From Pecten maximus (Eukaryota): 64,000 nt of DNA. Below, piece by piece: positions 23,901 to 38,141 of this stretch. Under the pieces are notes generated by a model, which worked only from the letters and a program-made list of their open reading frames with translations, was not told where the DNA came from and searched no databases. The stretch spans positions 10,912,001-10,976,000 of the forward strand of contig NC_047020.1 in NCBI RefSeq assembly GCF_902652985.1. The letters run 5' to 3'. Position 1 is the stretch's first letter. Each line of letters starts with the position of its first letter. Position numbers and translations under genes: made by a program.

Positions 23901-26900
23901 ATTACGGCAGGCCTCAGCTACAAATAGGGTAGAAATGATCATAACAAATGATGAGCAAGCCAGGTAAGTGAACCACAGATTCTGATATAGTCAGCACACA
24001 CTGTGGCACCAGAGAAAATGGAGGAATTTATTTATATTTGTATCCGTCATTTATGGGAACTTTCTTTTTCCGTTTAATATTTATGTAAGAGTTTATCTTT
24101 CTGTCGAACAATTTTTATGACAATCTGTAATTGTAAATCTGTTTATTTTGAACTACCAATGAAATAACAGTTGATGAACACCTTTGCCTAATTTTGCTAT
24201 GATATTATAGACATTTACCTCCATAAAAATCCATTTATACAAATGTAACTGTTGCAGACTTGAATTTAAAGAGATTATAGAGAAACAAAATGGCTACAGT
24301 TTCCCTAGTACACCTGTGCCGACAGATTCACACAGCAAGCACAGCTCAAGGGCTACAACTCCATCAGGATATGGTAATTTACTGAACACAATCTGTTACT
24401 TAAGTAGCCAGGGATACATTTGTGATGTTAAAAAACTTTACCAACAAGAAAATTATATTAATGCAAGTTGCTTTTTTGGTTTGTTCAATTGAACCATTAA
24501 GTCAGTGTCCTCTCTTGAAAACTGTTGTTGTAACCTAGAGTGAGTTTGGTCAGAATCCTAAATGTCTATGGTCTTATTATAGAGGGAGCAAATTCACTTT
24601 GGTTGCACTTGACTTGCATATAAAGTATAGAGAAAGAAGATGTTATGAATGTGCATGCCTAGTTGGCTATGGCTCTGTCAAAAGGTTTACTTTGGTGCAG
24701 CCACAGTCATGAGACATCACCTGCACATACCTCACCATATGGAAATTCACATATGCAATCTTATTAGATGGAAAAGCCAGGCCATAGTAAATGGTTGATG
24801 ATCCAACTTGCCCTTAAAAATCATGTTAAAGTAACATGTGAAATTCAGGACATTTGTACTTAAAATTGTTTCATAGTAAAACCTTTTGTCATGTTCTGGG
24901 ACATTTGTTTTATGATTAAAAAAAAACCCATAACAAATAAGACAAGGCAACATAATGTTCTTACAATTTACCACAGGGACAGACAGTTTTGGTATATCTC
25001 CAGAAGTGAATGGTGTGAGTGAGTCCAGCAACATCAGCCCCAGGAACTCATCTGGGTCCAAGATCAGCCCAAGGGGACCAGTTCAGGTAAGGGAGGTAAT
25101 TCAGCTAATATATATAAGTATGACTTGACCAGAATGGGAACCAGTTCTAATGTACTGCCAGAGGGGACTAGGATGCATCTCATCCCTCCATGTTTTTAAC
25201 CTTACTGTTATTCTAGTTTTTCTGTTGCTTATTATGAACACATTTTACTATGTTACAATGTTTTCAGATGGTAGAGTCTTCTGTTATAGAATTGTTATTT
25301 TGCTTTAAGCTTTGACTTCTATTTTGGTCAAGGACATAAACATGGCACATATCCACCTACCTTTATATAGGATACTGTGACATTTTGTTCCCTCTGACAT
25401 TATATGTACATTTTCTGTGCAACTGAAACATCAAACCTTGGTATATTGATACAGCCTGTTGTACATCATTGATGAATACTGGTAATCTACCATTCGTAAA
25501 AGAACTTATTGACAGTGTGTCAATAGCACATTAAAAAATCGTAGACTAAACCTTTCATTTAATTTATCACACATATTATAGTGAGGGTTTGTTTGGTTGT
25601 AAATAACATGATTCTCTCAAACGTAAGAACACCAGACTTTCTAATTCTAATTTTTTATCCGTATCTTAAGATATATATATGAAGTAGTGTTGTGTGCCGA
25701 AGTAGGACTGACTTTTCCTTGCCTAAATACATGTGATCATGTTTCTACCAGAGATTGAGTGACCGAGGCCATGACATGGTGCTGACAAATGGTGTGGCTC
25801 CAGCACAACCCAATGGTTTACCAAAAGCTGTTGCTAGAAAAATGGTTCCTAACATGGCCTCAACGCCACAGGTGAAAGGTCAGTAGAAATTTAGTTTTAA
25901 TTTTAGTTTTGTTGAAAGTGTATATAATCACTTAATCACTTTTGAAAAAAATATGAATTGTTGTATTGTTTATTGATACAAATAAATGATTATTTCTAGG
26001 GATGACTGGCAATGTTGAGTTATCTTCTCTGTTTGGTACGGAGGAGCCCTCTCCTGTACAAGGAACGAGTGCCTTCACCATGCCTGGATCACAGACTGAC
26101 GCAGGAAACTCTATCTTAATTCTCACGCTGGAAACCATCATGCGATGTCCATGTCTCAGTCTCGTAAACTATCCTTGGATCCCCACGTCAGATTAAAGAT
26201 AGAGAAACTAGAAGTGGTGAGACTTTCTATTAAAACTTTCTACCGGTTGTCCGGCTTTAAAAGTTTTGTAAGTCCCTAATGTAATGTTGTGAGGTATGGG
26301 GAACTCTCTTTATGCTACATATCGTCAGACAAAACCACAAACGTCTTTCCTGTTCCAAGTCTTTATATGAATCCTCAAAATGTATCTCACAAACGAAAAG
26401 AATTACAACAAAGGGGAATAACTCATATACATATGGAGTTAGATTATCTCCCTTAGACTGTACAATTATGTGATCTCGTAACACCCATACAACCTACATA
26501 AACAACACTAAAGTAATGATGCCAAATTTGAAGTGCTATCATACTGGAATATCAGCTTTTCACTTAGAAGGGCACTGGCATAAGCAGTAAGATAAGAGCG
26601 GATTTTGAACTATAGTTAGCCTAAGTGTTTCAATAGGTTCAACACTTATAGTAGGGTGGTCTGTTGGCACGGTGGTAACACTCACTTTTCACCTAGGTGA
26701 CTGGGGTTTGATTCACCAATTGGTCATGAAAAGATATTTGAGTCATCTGCCGCACCAAGTGATTAAGTTGATAATTTGTTTCACTTGTTTCACCATTTGT
26801 TGTAAAATAAATTATAAACTTTATTATTATAATCTTTATTTCTTCCAGAATGAAGATTATTTAACAGAACTCAAGTAAATTACATGAACATAGCTATTTT

Positions 26901-29900
26901 ACAAGTGAAAGGAATTTAATGATTATTCATAACAAAATGGTTCACCCCCCCTCCCCTCCCCCCTCCCTCCAAAAAAAAATCACTCTTACAAAATAAAGTT
27001 GAACACTATCATCAGTAGAAGTCATTATCAGAATATTATGTAAGTTATGACTTTCATCAGTGTAGAAAATTTGTGTTACAGGCACTGAGGTATCTAGGTT
27101 TGGATCCCACACAGGAACAACAGCAGCTGATGAGGGAACAACTAAACATTGATGTTTCAGGCACTGTCAACTATGGAGGTATGTTGATTATATAACATTC
27201 TTACCTGAGGCACTGTCAGCTATGGAGGTATGTTGATTATATAACATTGTTACCTGAGGCACTGTCAACTATGGAGGTATGTTGATTATATAACATTGTT
27301 ACCTGAGGCTCTGATCAACTATGGAGGTATGTTGATTATATAACATTGTTACCTGAGGCACTGTCAGCTATGGAGGTATGTTGATTATGTAACATTGTTA
27401 CCTGAGGCTCTGTCAGCTATGGAGGTATGTTGATTATATAACATTGTTACCTCAGGCACTGTCAGCTATGGAGGTATGTTGATTATATAACATTGTTACC
27501 TGAGGCACTGTCAACTATAGAGGTATGTTGATTATGTAACATTGTTACCTGAGGCTCTGATCAGCTATGGAGGTATGTTGATTATATAACATTGTTACCT
27601 GAGGCACTGTCAACTATGGAGGTATGTTGATTATATAACATTGTTACCTCAGGCACTGTCAGCTATGGAGGTATGTTGATTATGTAACATTGTTACCTCA
27701 GGCTCTGATCAGCTATAGAGGTATGTTGATAATGTAACATTGTTACCTGAGGCACTGTCAACTATAGAGGTATGTTGATTATATAACATTGTTACCTGAG
27801 GCTCTGATCAACTATGGAGGTATGTTGATTATATAACATTGTTACCTCAGGCACTGTCAGCTATGGAGGTATGTTGATTATATAACATTGTTACCTGAGG
27901 CACTGTCAGCTATGGAAGTATGTTGATTATATAACATTGTTACCTGAGGCACTGTCAGCTATGGAGGTATGTTGATTATATAACATTGTTACCTCAGGCA
28001 CTGTCAGCTATGGAGGTATGTTGATTATGTAACATTGTTACCTCAGGCACTGTCAGCTATGGAGGTATGTTGATTATATAACATTGTTACCTCAGGCACT
28101 GTCAGCTATGGAGGTATGTTGATTATGTAACATTGTTACCTCAGGCACTGTCAGCTATGGAGGTATGTTGATTATATAACATTGTTACCTGAGGCTCTGA
28201 TCAGCTATGGAGGTATGTTGATTATGTAACATTGTTACCTGAGGCACTGTCAGCTATGGAGGTATGTTGATTATATAACATTGTTACCTGAGGCACTGTC
28301 AGCTATGGAGGTATGTTGATTATATAACATTGTTACCTGAGGCTCTGATCAACTATGGAGGTATGTTGATTATATAACATTGTTACCTGAGGCACTGTCA
28401 GCTATGGAGGTATGTTGATTATATAACATTGTTACCTCAGGCTCTGATCAGCTATGGAGGTATGTTGATTATGTAACATTGTTACCTGAGGCTCTGATCA
28501 GCTATGGAGGTATGTTGATTATATAACATTGTTACCTGAGGCTCTGATCAACTATGGAGGTATGTTGATTATATAACATTGTTACCTCAGGCACTGTCAA
28601 CTATGGAGGTATGTTGATTATATAACATTGTTACCTGAGGCACTGTCCGCTATGGAGGTATGTTGATTATATAACATTGTTACCTCAGGCACTGTCCGCT
28701 ATGGAGGTATGTTGATTATATAACATTGTTACCTGAGGCTCTGATCAACTATGGAGGTATGTTGATTATATAACATTGTTACCTGAGGCACTGTCAGCTA
28801 TGGAGGTATGTTGATTATATAACATTGTTACCTGAGGCACTGTCAGCTATGGAGGTATGTTGATTATATAACATTGTTACCTGAGGCTCTGATCAACTAT
28901 GGAGGTATGTTGATTATATAACATTGTTACCTGAGGCACTGTCAGCTATGGAGGTATGTTGATTATATAACATTGTTACCTCAGGCACGGTCAGCTATGG
29001 AGGTATGTTGATTATATAACATTGTTACCTGAGGCACTGTCAGCTATGGAGGTATGTTGATTATATAACATTGTTACCTCAGGCTCTGATCAGCTATAGA
29101 GATATGTAAATAACACTAAAATATCTCCTTATCACATATAACAATGTTTCTGGGTGAGTCTAGTGTACTATGATATTCCTAATGTGACATATGAGTCCCA
29201 TGTCTCCATAATTTGTTTATCTGGTACCAAATATATGCCTCAAATTTGTCAAGGGTTTTAGTATATCATATATAAAAATAGAGTCTAGTGTATTATGATG
29301 TTCCTAATGTGGCATATGGGTCCCTGGTACCAAATATATGCCTAAAATTTGTCCAGGGTTTCAGTTTATAGAAAAATAGGCTACAGCTGCTACTGTAAAG
29401 AATATGTACTGATTATTCACAGATAAACATGTTCTAAAATAGACTGAGATGATTAACCAGATATATAATGGTAAAAATTGACTAAAACATTTGTTTTTTT
29501 GGGTTTTTTTTTTTTAAAGATTTTGTGGTGGTAGCCAGGAACTTGTTCCGTGCCGAGTTGGAAGAGAAGAATATTGGTGCTGGAGTGATGCTGTTTGCTG
29601 CCAGTGACATCACTAATATCTTAGAACCACCAGCATTTAACCCAGAGGTATCAGTTTACATTATAACCAGTGTATATACACTAAAACCTGTATACATTTT
29701 CATATTAGTACAAGTTACATATTTCTCTGTGCTGTTTTGATGAGTGTGGTGTATGTTACCTGTGATGTGTCACTTTCGCCAGAAAAACAGGTGGTATATT
29801 ATAAACCTGTACTCTCAGACACATAACAGTTAAAACAATAGACATGACTTCTGGCCCAGTGTCTATAGCCAGTTCAGCTATAACATATGATTAACTTGAA

Positions 29901-32900
29901 CATTTTTAAATAGATGGTGTTGTAACCGATCTGGGAGTCTGAATACTTTCATACACTTAGCATTCATTGTGCTGAATTACTTTCCAGTTGAGCATCATAA
30001 CAGATTTTGGTGAAAACAACAATGAGGATCTGATAAGTCTTCAACAGGAAAGAAATGAGCTCCGAGAAGAAGTAAAAAGATTGAAGGTAATAGGCTTATA
30101 TCAGAGGTAATGGATTCGGGATCAAGAGGAACAATTTGTCCATATCAGCAAAGATTTTGTTAAATTTGGTATTTGCTTTACAAGTGTTAGCAATGATTTC
30201 CAGCAGCTGTAGTTTTCTGATACATTTGTGTATACATAAATTTTAATTTCAAATGCAATCTTTTCATTTTCACACTCAATATTTTTTATTTCTTTTAACT
30301 AGTCAAGATGAATTTCCTGTAAAACATGGCCAACATTTAACCTTTTTTACAGGCACTGTTACAAGAAAAGGAATCCTCCTGCTTCAGGGCAGAAGAGGAT
30401 TTACAGAGCATCAGAAAGGTAAGACGTATGTCTCTGTACAGTGAAATAATCTACATCAGAAAGGTAAGATGTATGTCTCTGTACAGTGAAATAATCTAGT
30501 TATTATTACCTGGTAGTCACATTAAAAAATCTGTAATTATGCTACAGTTTGTAAGAGAAATACTCTGTATTGACTTTCCTTATTTATTACAGAGAGCACA
30601 AGGAGCCATAGAGGAGACCAAGTCCCTTAAGACCAAGGTCCAGCTAGCAGAACAGGCCCAGCGGGCAGCTCGAAGTATGGAACAGGACTATGAGGAGGTT
30701 GTACAGCTTCTGGAGAGCGAGATTGCCAAACTCAAGGCTAACATCAAAGGTCAACATGTAAGTCATCCAGGACATTGTGAAGGATGATTATATATTCTGT
30801 CCACTTTTGAGCACATCTGATACTTTAACTTATTTTTTTTTAAATTATCACTTTCAGGACCAGAGCCCTTCTATGCAGCAGAAGCTAGCAGTGTTAAACT
30901 GTCAGTTGAAAAAGTCTGAAGCTGGAAAGAAAGCTTACGAGGTCTCTACAGAAAAACTTCTTCAGTTTGCAGAGGTTTGTGTAAATGTTTTTGGCATACA
31001 TGGTCATGTGTCTACATCTCTGATAGTTAAGTGACATATTAAATCATTATGATGATTTATTAACACATTTAATCACTTACTGTTTGATTTATTAAATTTC
31101 AGGATTTGATACAGTACTGATGTCTTATAATGTTGAGTTGTGTAAAATTTATAACGTTTTCATTCGGCATAATGCACAAAACTAATACATATTTATATCA
31201 TCCTAATGGCTTGTAACCTTCACTTTGTGAAAGAGGTATATCATACTGTGTTTACACTTGTTAGTGAATGCATTTGTGAGTCTAACTATAGCACAAAGCT
31301 TGGGTTCACGATATCTCATGAACTGTGTACTGAATAGATTTAGTTCATATGCATATCCTATCCAGTCTATGTATGATTAGATTTTGGTGGTCATCAGTTA
31401 ATGGTAAAGGTCAACAGTATTTGAGCATTGTTGAAGGGTCAAGGTTAAAAGGTCAATGAGCATTTAATGCTCATTGACCTTTTAACCTTGACCCTTCAAT
31501 AATGCCATTATTGAAGGGTCAAGGTTAAAAGGTCAAAGGTCACTTTGCTATTGTAATGATTAGAGGTACTGGAGTAACTTTTAATAGTCACACATGCCTT
31601 GTACTGGTGATGTTGGATATATCGTAGTGAGCCCCACTCACTTTGCTTTTATTTATCCAACTGAAATGTTATTCCATCGTCATTTCAGCATGTCCACGAG
31701 ACTATAACAGCCCAGGGCAACTCTCTTGGAACTAAGTAAGTCACACTTGATCAGCAATTGACAAAATCTTGTTGCAGAAGATATTTTAACAACTTTATTT
31801 ATTGAACTTTGGTTATTAAATTTCTCATTACTGGGAAAAATAAATACTGGTAGAAAAGAACATTTAGTATATCAATTCAATCATATACAGGTACATCGTA
31901 CATGATTGTGGAGATATTATTCTGTTCCTTCCCGGTAAACAAACATGTTCTCAGTATCAGTTACCTGTATGAAATGTAACAACTTTTATGGTGTGTCATA
32001 ATTGCGGCAAGAAAAAGGTCAAAGCAGGTTTAGCTTAAATTATTCAATATTCTATATATACACCGTAGGTCACAAGGGGAAAATGCCAGAGGAAATAGGC
32101 CACCTGGCTATCTGGGGAAACACAAAAAGGCCACCCCCAAAACTTTGGCTGCTGAGGCTAAGGAGGTGGTCCAGGCAGTTCGGGCTATCATAGAGTCAGA
32201 GCGTAAGTACCAATTGATTAAAATGTATACTTATCATTTGTCTATATCGTGTATTCTACTTTCTCAAGGAACAACTTTTGATGATTTCTTGGTCTACAGT
32301 TTCTTATATTCACCAATCATAAACTTAAATGACCTTAGCTGTTGATAGGATATTAAACAATATAAAAGCAAATTACTGATCATATCTCATAGAAATTTGT
32401 TTTTAATGAAGAAAATTGCTCAATGATTTTTGGTGCATTTCTTTATTTGGGTAGATGTTTGTGTATATAACTTGTTGGTTATAACAGAATTTTTCAGACA
32501 AAACACTTGTTGTCTTTATTTGTGTTTTCTCGGATGGTTAAGTGAGGTATGTCTTGTAACATTTTGGGAAATAAAAGTGTGATAGACACTTAGACAGTAT
32601 TAAGTTAACATCTCACTGTGATGGGCATCAAATTTGTGGGCATTAGCCTGTAAAATGATCCTAACACTGATCAAACATTCAATTTAAAAGCAAGTAATGA
32701 TAGGCAGTCAGTAGTAAATGTTTCACTAATGGATCTATACGATGGACCACCATTTAATTCACCTTTAAATTGAACTTCCTGTCAAGCGATTGTACAACTA
32801 TCAGGTTATTGTATGTGTTAAATCTTCTGTAATTTCTGTATCACCGTATAACATTGTGTTACAGCTTTACCTTACGGTTGGGAAGAAGCATACACTGCAG

Positions 32901-33953
32901 ATGGCATGAAGTACTACATCAAGTAAGTCTTTAAAATAAACAAGGTCTACTAGTTTAGATCCCAATCAACTTCATATACAGGTGTCATTGTAAATTCATG
33001 AGTTTGTCCTCAACATTGTTCTTGTTTAGAGAAATTTTATTCAGAGTCAGAATTGCTCATATATCTAGAGCAAAATTTGTATTAACTGCTCATGCTAGTG
33101 AGAAAAATACCCTTAAAGTCATAAAGAAAGGTTATTATTGGTGTACTCGTCTGACTGTATGAACTGAGTGATAACTTAAAGTCATTATAAAGAAGGGTTG
33201 GTCATTCCTGTATACATTGACATATGTACTACTTAGATTGTATAGAATGAGTGATATCTTAGTATATATTGTCTGTTGTGTATATATCTGAGTGCCAGTA
33301 CATATGGTCTGTTGTGTATATATCTGGGTGCCAGTACATATTGTCTGTTGTGTATATATCTGGGTGCCAGTATATATTGTCTGTTGTGTATATATCTCGG
33401 TACCAGTAGATATTGTCTGTTGTGTATATATCTCGGTCCCAGTACATATTTTCTGTTGTGTATATATCTCGGTGCCAGTATATATTGTCTGTTGTGTATA
33501 TATCTCGGTGCCAGTACATATTGTCTGTTGTGTATATATCTCGGTCCCAGTATATATTGTCTGTTGTGTATATATCTGGGTGCCAGTATATATTGTCTGT
33601 TGTGTATATCTGGGTGCCAGTACATATTGTCTGTTGTGTATATATCTGGGTGCCAGTACATATTGTCTGTTGTGTATATATCTGGGTGCCAGTACATATT
33701 GTCTGTCGTGTATATATCTCGGTGCCAGTATATATTGTCTGTTGTGTATATATCTGGGTGCCAGTACATATTTTCTGTTGTGTATATATCTCGGTGTCTA
33801 TTTAGTTACCTTTATAGTTTCCACCTGTATATTTTCAGTCATATTACACAATTAACTACATGGTCACATCCGAAGTCTGGAGTACAGCAACTGGACCCAA
33901 TACAGGGAACTAAGGCCAGACAGAAGGCGTCAGAACCTCCTAAACAGTCGTAG
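20943..33953 (+). CDS. STXBP4: Syntaxin-binding protein 4 (Synip), 19 coding exons, one apparent 1-nt deletion in exon 9
   Basis: Exons 20943-21004, 22084-22151, 22474-22569, 23460-23529, 23889-23963, 24258-24373, 24977-25086, 25752-25878, 26000-26216, 27082-27178, 29520-29647, 29988-30086, 30353-30418, 30593-30757, 30858-30974, 31689-31735, 32069-32202, 32865-32922, 33839-33953. All GT-AG with compatible phases except exon 9. Motifs: PDZ (KGLGIKICGG...GIFVKRTLPGG...GDQILEVNGESL), LSLDPHVRLKIEKLEVALRYLG..GTVNYGDFVVVARNLF, coiled coil (SMEQDYEEVVQLLESEI), WW (LPYGWEEAYTADGMKYYINHITQLTTWSHP). Confidence 0.93.
21134..21942 (+). mobile_element. Solo tRNA-containing LTR of a TRIM, interrupted by a foldback MITE
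   Basis: Starts tgtagcggaact like the LTR at 53139; A box tagctcaattggtagag and B box ggttcgaatcc; ATAT on both flanks. Confidence 0.7.
21208..21872. mobile_element. Foldback MITE with TAG termini and 9-bp TSD (AcademH-like; MULE not excluded)
   Basis: TAGCCCGAGTTTTCTCTGGCCC...GGGCCAGAGAAAACTCGGGCTA, with inverted arms of ~250 bp. TTGGCTAGT duplicated at 21199-21207 and 21873-21881. Confidence 0.85.
27159..29103 (+). repeat. 49/50-bp minisatellite (~39 copies) made from the STXBP4 exon 10 / intron 10 junction
   Basis: Unit aggcactgtca(a/g)ctatggag|gtatgttgattatataacattgttacct(g/c); the first copy is the true exon end and donor. Confidence 0.95.
30409..30498 (+). repeat. 45-bp tandem duplication spanning the exon 13 donor
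   Basis: catcagaaag|gtaaga(c/t)gtatgtctctgtacagtgaaataatcta x2. Confidence 0.9.
31425..31536. repeat. Inverted triplication (A-A'-A) of a ~40-bp unit
   Basis: cattgttgaagggtcaaggttaaaaggtcaatgagcatt, then its reverse complement, then forward again. Confidence 0.85.
33260..33797. repeat. 36-bp minisatellite (~15 copies) in the last STXBP4 intron
   Basis: Unit ccagtacatattgtctgttgtgtatatatctgggtg; produces the 12-aa periodic spurious ORFs at 33233-33953. Confidence 0.95.
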
Positions 33954-36900
33954 TGTCATGGAAACTCTCAAAATTTTGTATCCAAAGACTGCGGAACCAC
34001 CCAGCTGTCATCAGCCATGGCATTCGGAACTACCCAGCTGTCATCAGCCATGACATTCAAGTCTCTGAATGACCTGGAATCTCCCAAAATTTGATTTGTG
34101 TCCTGGAGAAGGTGCTGGCCTTACATTTATCAATGTCCGGTAAAATCCTGTGTATACTGTACCTTTATTATTACCTACATTTATACATTACCAGGTATAA
34201 ACTTGATATTTATATCTTTCCTCTAAGTCAACTATAACCTTTTGACCTCTAAATGCCATTATCATTTACCTGCAATTATATGTTTGCATAAAATGTATAA
34301 GTCTATTGTAGTGACCAGAACCAAAGAGATCATTGTAATTCTACTAATTATTATATACAGGACATTTCTAAGGAACTGTTTAATGGTGCCTATACACAAG
34401 CTGGCAGAAAGGGATGTTAGCTGTCACATTGATCAGTCTACTGTATGACATTATTGTGTTTTACAAGGATTTAATTCAGACTTACATTTATCAGTATTAA
34501 TCATCAAATTAATTGTCTTCCCATTGGTTTTCCCTTTTTATGTATTTTCGTGGTAATCTGTATTTGAAGTTTACTTGTAAGGGGTAAGTCTTAGGAAAGC
34601 CAATTGTTCTGACTTCATATTTTATTATGAATTTCTGCATTGTCCTCATTCATAATCATCGAAGAAAGAATCTGAATTATGCCATTTTTTGTGAAAATAT
34701 ATTCTGATCTGACTGTAAGTTGATCTGACAAATCATAGTTTAAACCAATGCATTGGTGTTGATGGTTAATGTGAATGGGGTACTGACTATAAGGTTGTCA
34801 GAGGTTTTACTCTCGTTATCAGTGTAAAAGTTTACATTGTTACAACCTGTAACAGGTTCAACATAAAGGTATTGGTTGTGTTGAACACCTGATTCTCAAT
34901 GGTGAGTTCGGATTTAGGAGATATAGATATATACATATACCTACCTGTATGGTTATGTGTGCTGTGAGGTTGTCATATATGTGTGCAAGTTCTGTGATAA
35001 AAAGGCTAGTGATTTCACTTTATTTATATAAACAAGTCCAATATATTGAAGCATATATTTTGTATTAATCAAAATCTTAATATGGTCACTTTTTAATTTT
35101 CAGTGAATATATATGGTTTTAGCTGTATTATTTTAGAACAAGTCATTTTGCATGGTCAGCTAATAGTGATGGATTTGATATAATTTTATTGGATTTTGAC
35201 ACAGAATTCACAATTATCAATTTGTAACAAGCCTCTTGCAGGTGTGGTAGCTTTGCCTAAATGTTGTTTCCCTCATAAATCAATGTTTGTCAAATTGACT
35301 GTTTTGTACAATTTACTCCCAAAATGTGCTTTTTGTTAATAACGTCTTGTTTTGAAAAGCTTGATGACAGTGTTGTTTTTTTATATAAATTTAGTAACAG
35401 TGTTTCTTACAGAAAATTTAATGTAGTTTCGTATAAACAGCTGGTGCTCCATTGTCAAGTTGGGGATTTTACAGGACAACTTGGTCTTTCTCTCACTCTT
35501 ATTTGTCCCTGTATTCAAGCCCACTTGTAATCCACCCTCACTAGCTTTCAATAAAAGGGATTTGGGTGTGAATTTTAAAAGGATCATCACATTTATTTTA
35601 TTTCTCCTTTTTTATGCCTATTGTAAATAGGTGATACAGTTCTGCATTGCATCATTATAATTTGATTTTTTCCCTCATAAATCAAACAATGTTTAGAAAG
35701 TAGCAGCCAGAAGTGTTAGCAAATATATAATCTAAAAACTTATAGATGTAGATAAATGTATTTGTGCACAGGACACTTTCCATCCATCAGTCACAGAATC
35801 AGATGGACACCAGTGGAGTCTTTTCACTCCAGACAGTCCAGAAATGTATGAATTATCAAATTTAGGATTCAACTCCAAACTATGTTTTTCTAACATTGGA
35901 TCAGAAAATTGATGAATTTTCACTCCATACCTCATCTTTGATTTTCTATTAATTTAATTGTTAATGAAAGTATTTCAGTTACCGGTAATATATTTCCATT
36001 TGTGAAACAAAAACAAATTGAAAAAATAAAAAAACCTCTATGACAATGTTTTCATTAAGTTGATGTCAGTAACTTATTATGTGCAGTTTATTTTTTATTG
36101 GAATAATAATATACATATACTGGATATCGTAACTTTAGATTTCACTGTCATGATAATACATTTTTATTGATGTAGATCTGATTTGAGTACTGCAATGTAG
36201 TAATTATTTTTTTTATGATACAAATATTTATTCCCCCAGCAGGAAAAATATATGTGTATACAACTATGGCAAAGTAATAATTGTATACACACATCCTTAA
36301 TTGGTAGGAGTTGCCAGGGTTGGGAAGCCCTGGGTTCATCTCCCCTGTCCTTGTACAGGAGGGCTCTCACACAGCATTTATAGATAACTGCAACAAAAAC
36401 AGGAACAAAATGCTAGCACAACTCTATTTAATAGAGACATAATTATTTTTATTGCGATTAACTTGTTTGGGATCAATGACAACCATTATGTTTTTTTTAA
36501 TTCAAATATTCTCATGTTTTATTTGGATAATAAATACTAAATATATTAAATAATGCTGATGTAGCTATCTTTCCATTTGGAAAGTGAAGGTAAACAGATC
36601 AATCCTGTAGGTAACTTATGGATAAAATGTTTACCATCCCTAGTTCATTCTGTCCTTAGTGTCATATTGATCAGTTAGATACTGATGATGCGGGTAGAGA
36701 GCGATTATTTTGTGTTCATAACTGTACTATAAACTTTTACACTCTTTTTATACAAATTGAGTTTCTTTCTCAAGTATTATTCCTGAAATCCTTTGTTCTA
36801 TTGAATAGAAAATCCACAACTTTTACAGCCTTGTATGTTAACTACGTCAGTAACTTACATCTGTTCAAATCCTTGAGTGTTATACAATCTTGATGATTAT

Positions 36901-38141
36901 CAAGGCCAGTATTATTGCCTACTGTGTGTTGGCCATGTGTAAAAGTTCTGACTAGTAGTTCAGTCCCTGGTTGTCGTCCTGTCTCTCTAAGTGTCAAAAC
37001 ACATATATAGATATTGTTCTGATCATGTCTCCTTTAGTGTCAGTATGAACACATCATTAGTTTACCATGGATTAGATATGGCAAAGTCTACATTTTTGTT
37101 TTCCATGGATCAGAGGTAGTTTAATATTTTTCATTCATTTAGTAAACAGCATAAGTGTTATGTGGTGAAATCAGTACATTTGATATGTAGTGATCTTAAA
37201 TGGCCATAGTTGTCGAATGCAATTAGTTGTTCAGTCATAAAGACACCAATATTTAAATGTCTCTTTATACATACATTACTGGTCTATATATGTAGTACAT
37301 AATTAATTAGTACACTATATAACTTCGAGGGATTTATATAATTTACTTCATTACATGTCTAATCACTTGTTAAAAGGGAAACAATACCTACTAAGTAATA
37401 CAATATATACAATCTATTATCATTAATAAGTGTTCTGATCATTGGTGGATGTTTTCTCTTTTGGATTATTTTATGTATATATATCTATGTCATCATGACT
37501 GTATCTGTGTTAGATTAAGTCATATTCCATTAAAGTGTAGAAGTTATTCTATAATCATTATCTGATAAAATATTTGTTGTGTTGCTGTCAGAGCCATATT
37601 TTGCCATTGTAACATAGGTATTCAGATTCAACATTGCCTGCAATTGTGTGGCAATATATTGATATAGAATACTTGATGTCAATCCAATATGATATTATTA
37701 CACACTGAATACAGCTATTCAGGATACATTTGTGTTTGATTTACGACTGTTTTCTCTGAAATATGTCAGTAGAATGTTGTGGTGATATTCACCACAATTC
37801 ATTTAACATTGTGGCAGTTTATACATCTATCAAAGTGCTAGTAACGTTCATAGTTAATTGAAAATGGCCTCACATCCAATTTGATTTTTCATGTTCAAAT
37901 GAAGAATCTGCTAATGAACCATATTGTTGGTATCAATTTCTTTTAGCTATTGTCATGTCTTGAGTGTCGAATTAGGTTGCACTCTTCCATTTGGATGTTT
38001 TAGATTGGTACACCTGCAATCCTTTGCACACCTGAAATCAACGTAGGTATAAGCTTGTCTTGATGGGGCAAATCAAGGTGCGGCATGATTTATCCATCAG
38101 TTAATATTTTCATGTCCAATGCATAATACTTCAATCACATT

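Noticed and set aside
27159-29103. CRISPR array (also the other regular arrays)
   Set aside because: Units are contiguous with no unique spacers, there are no cas genes, and the context is eukaryotic.
33233-33855. Long repetitive ORFs on both strands
   Set aside because: Artefacts of a 36-bp minisatellite. Only 33839-33953 is a real STXBP4 exon.
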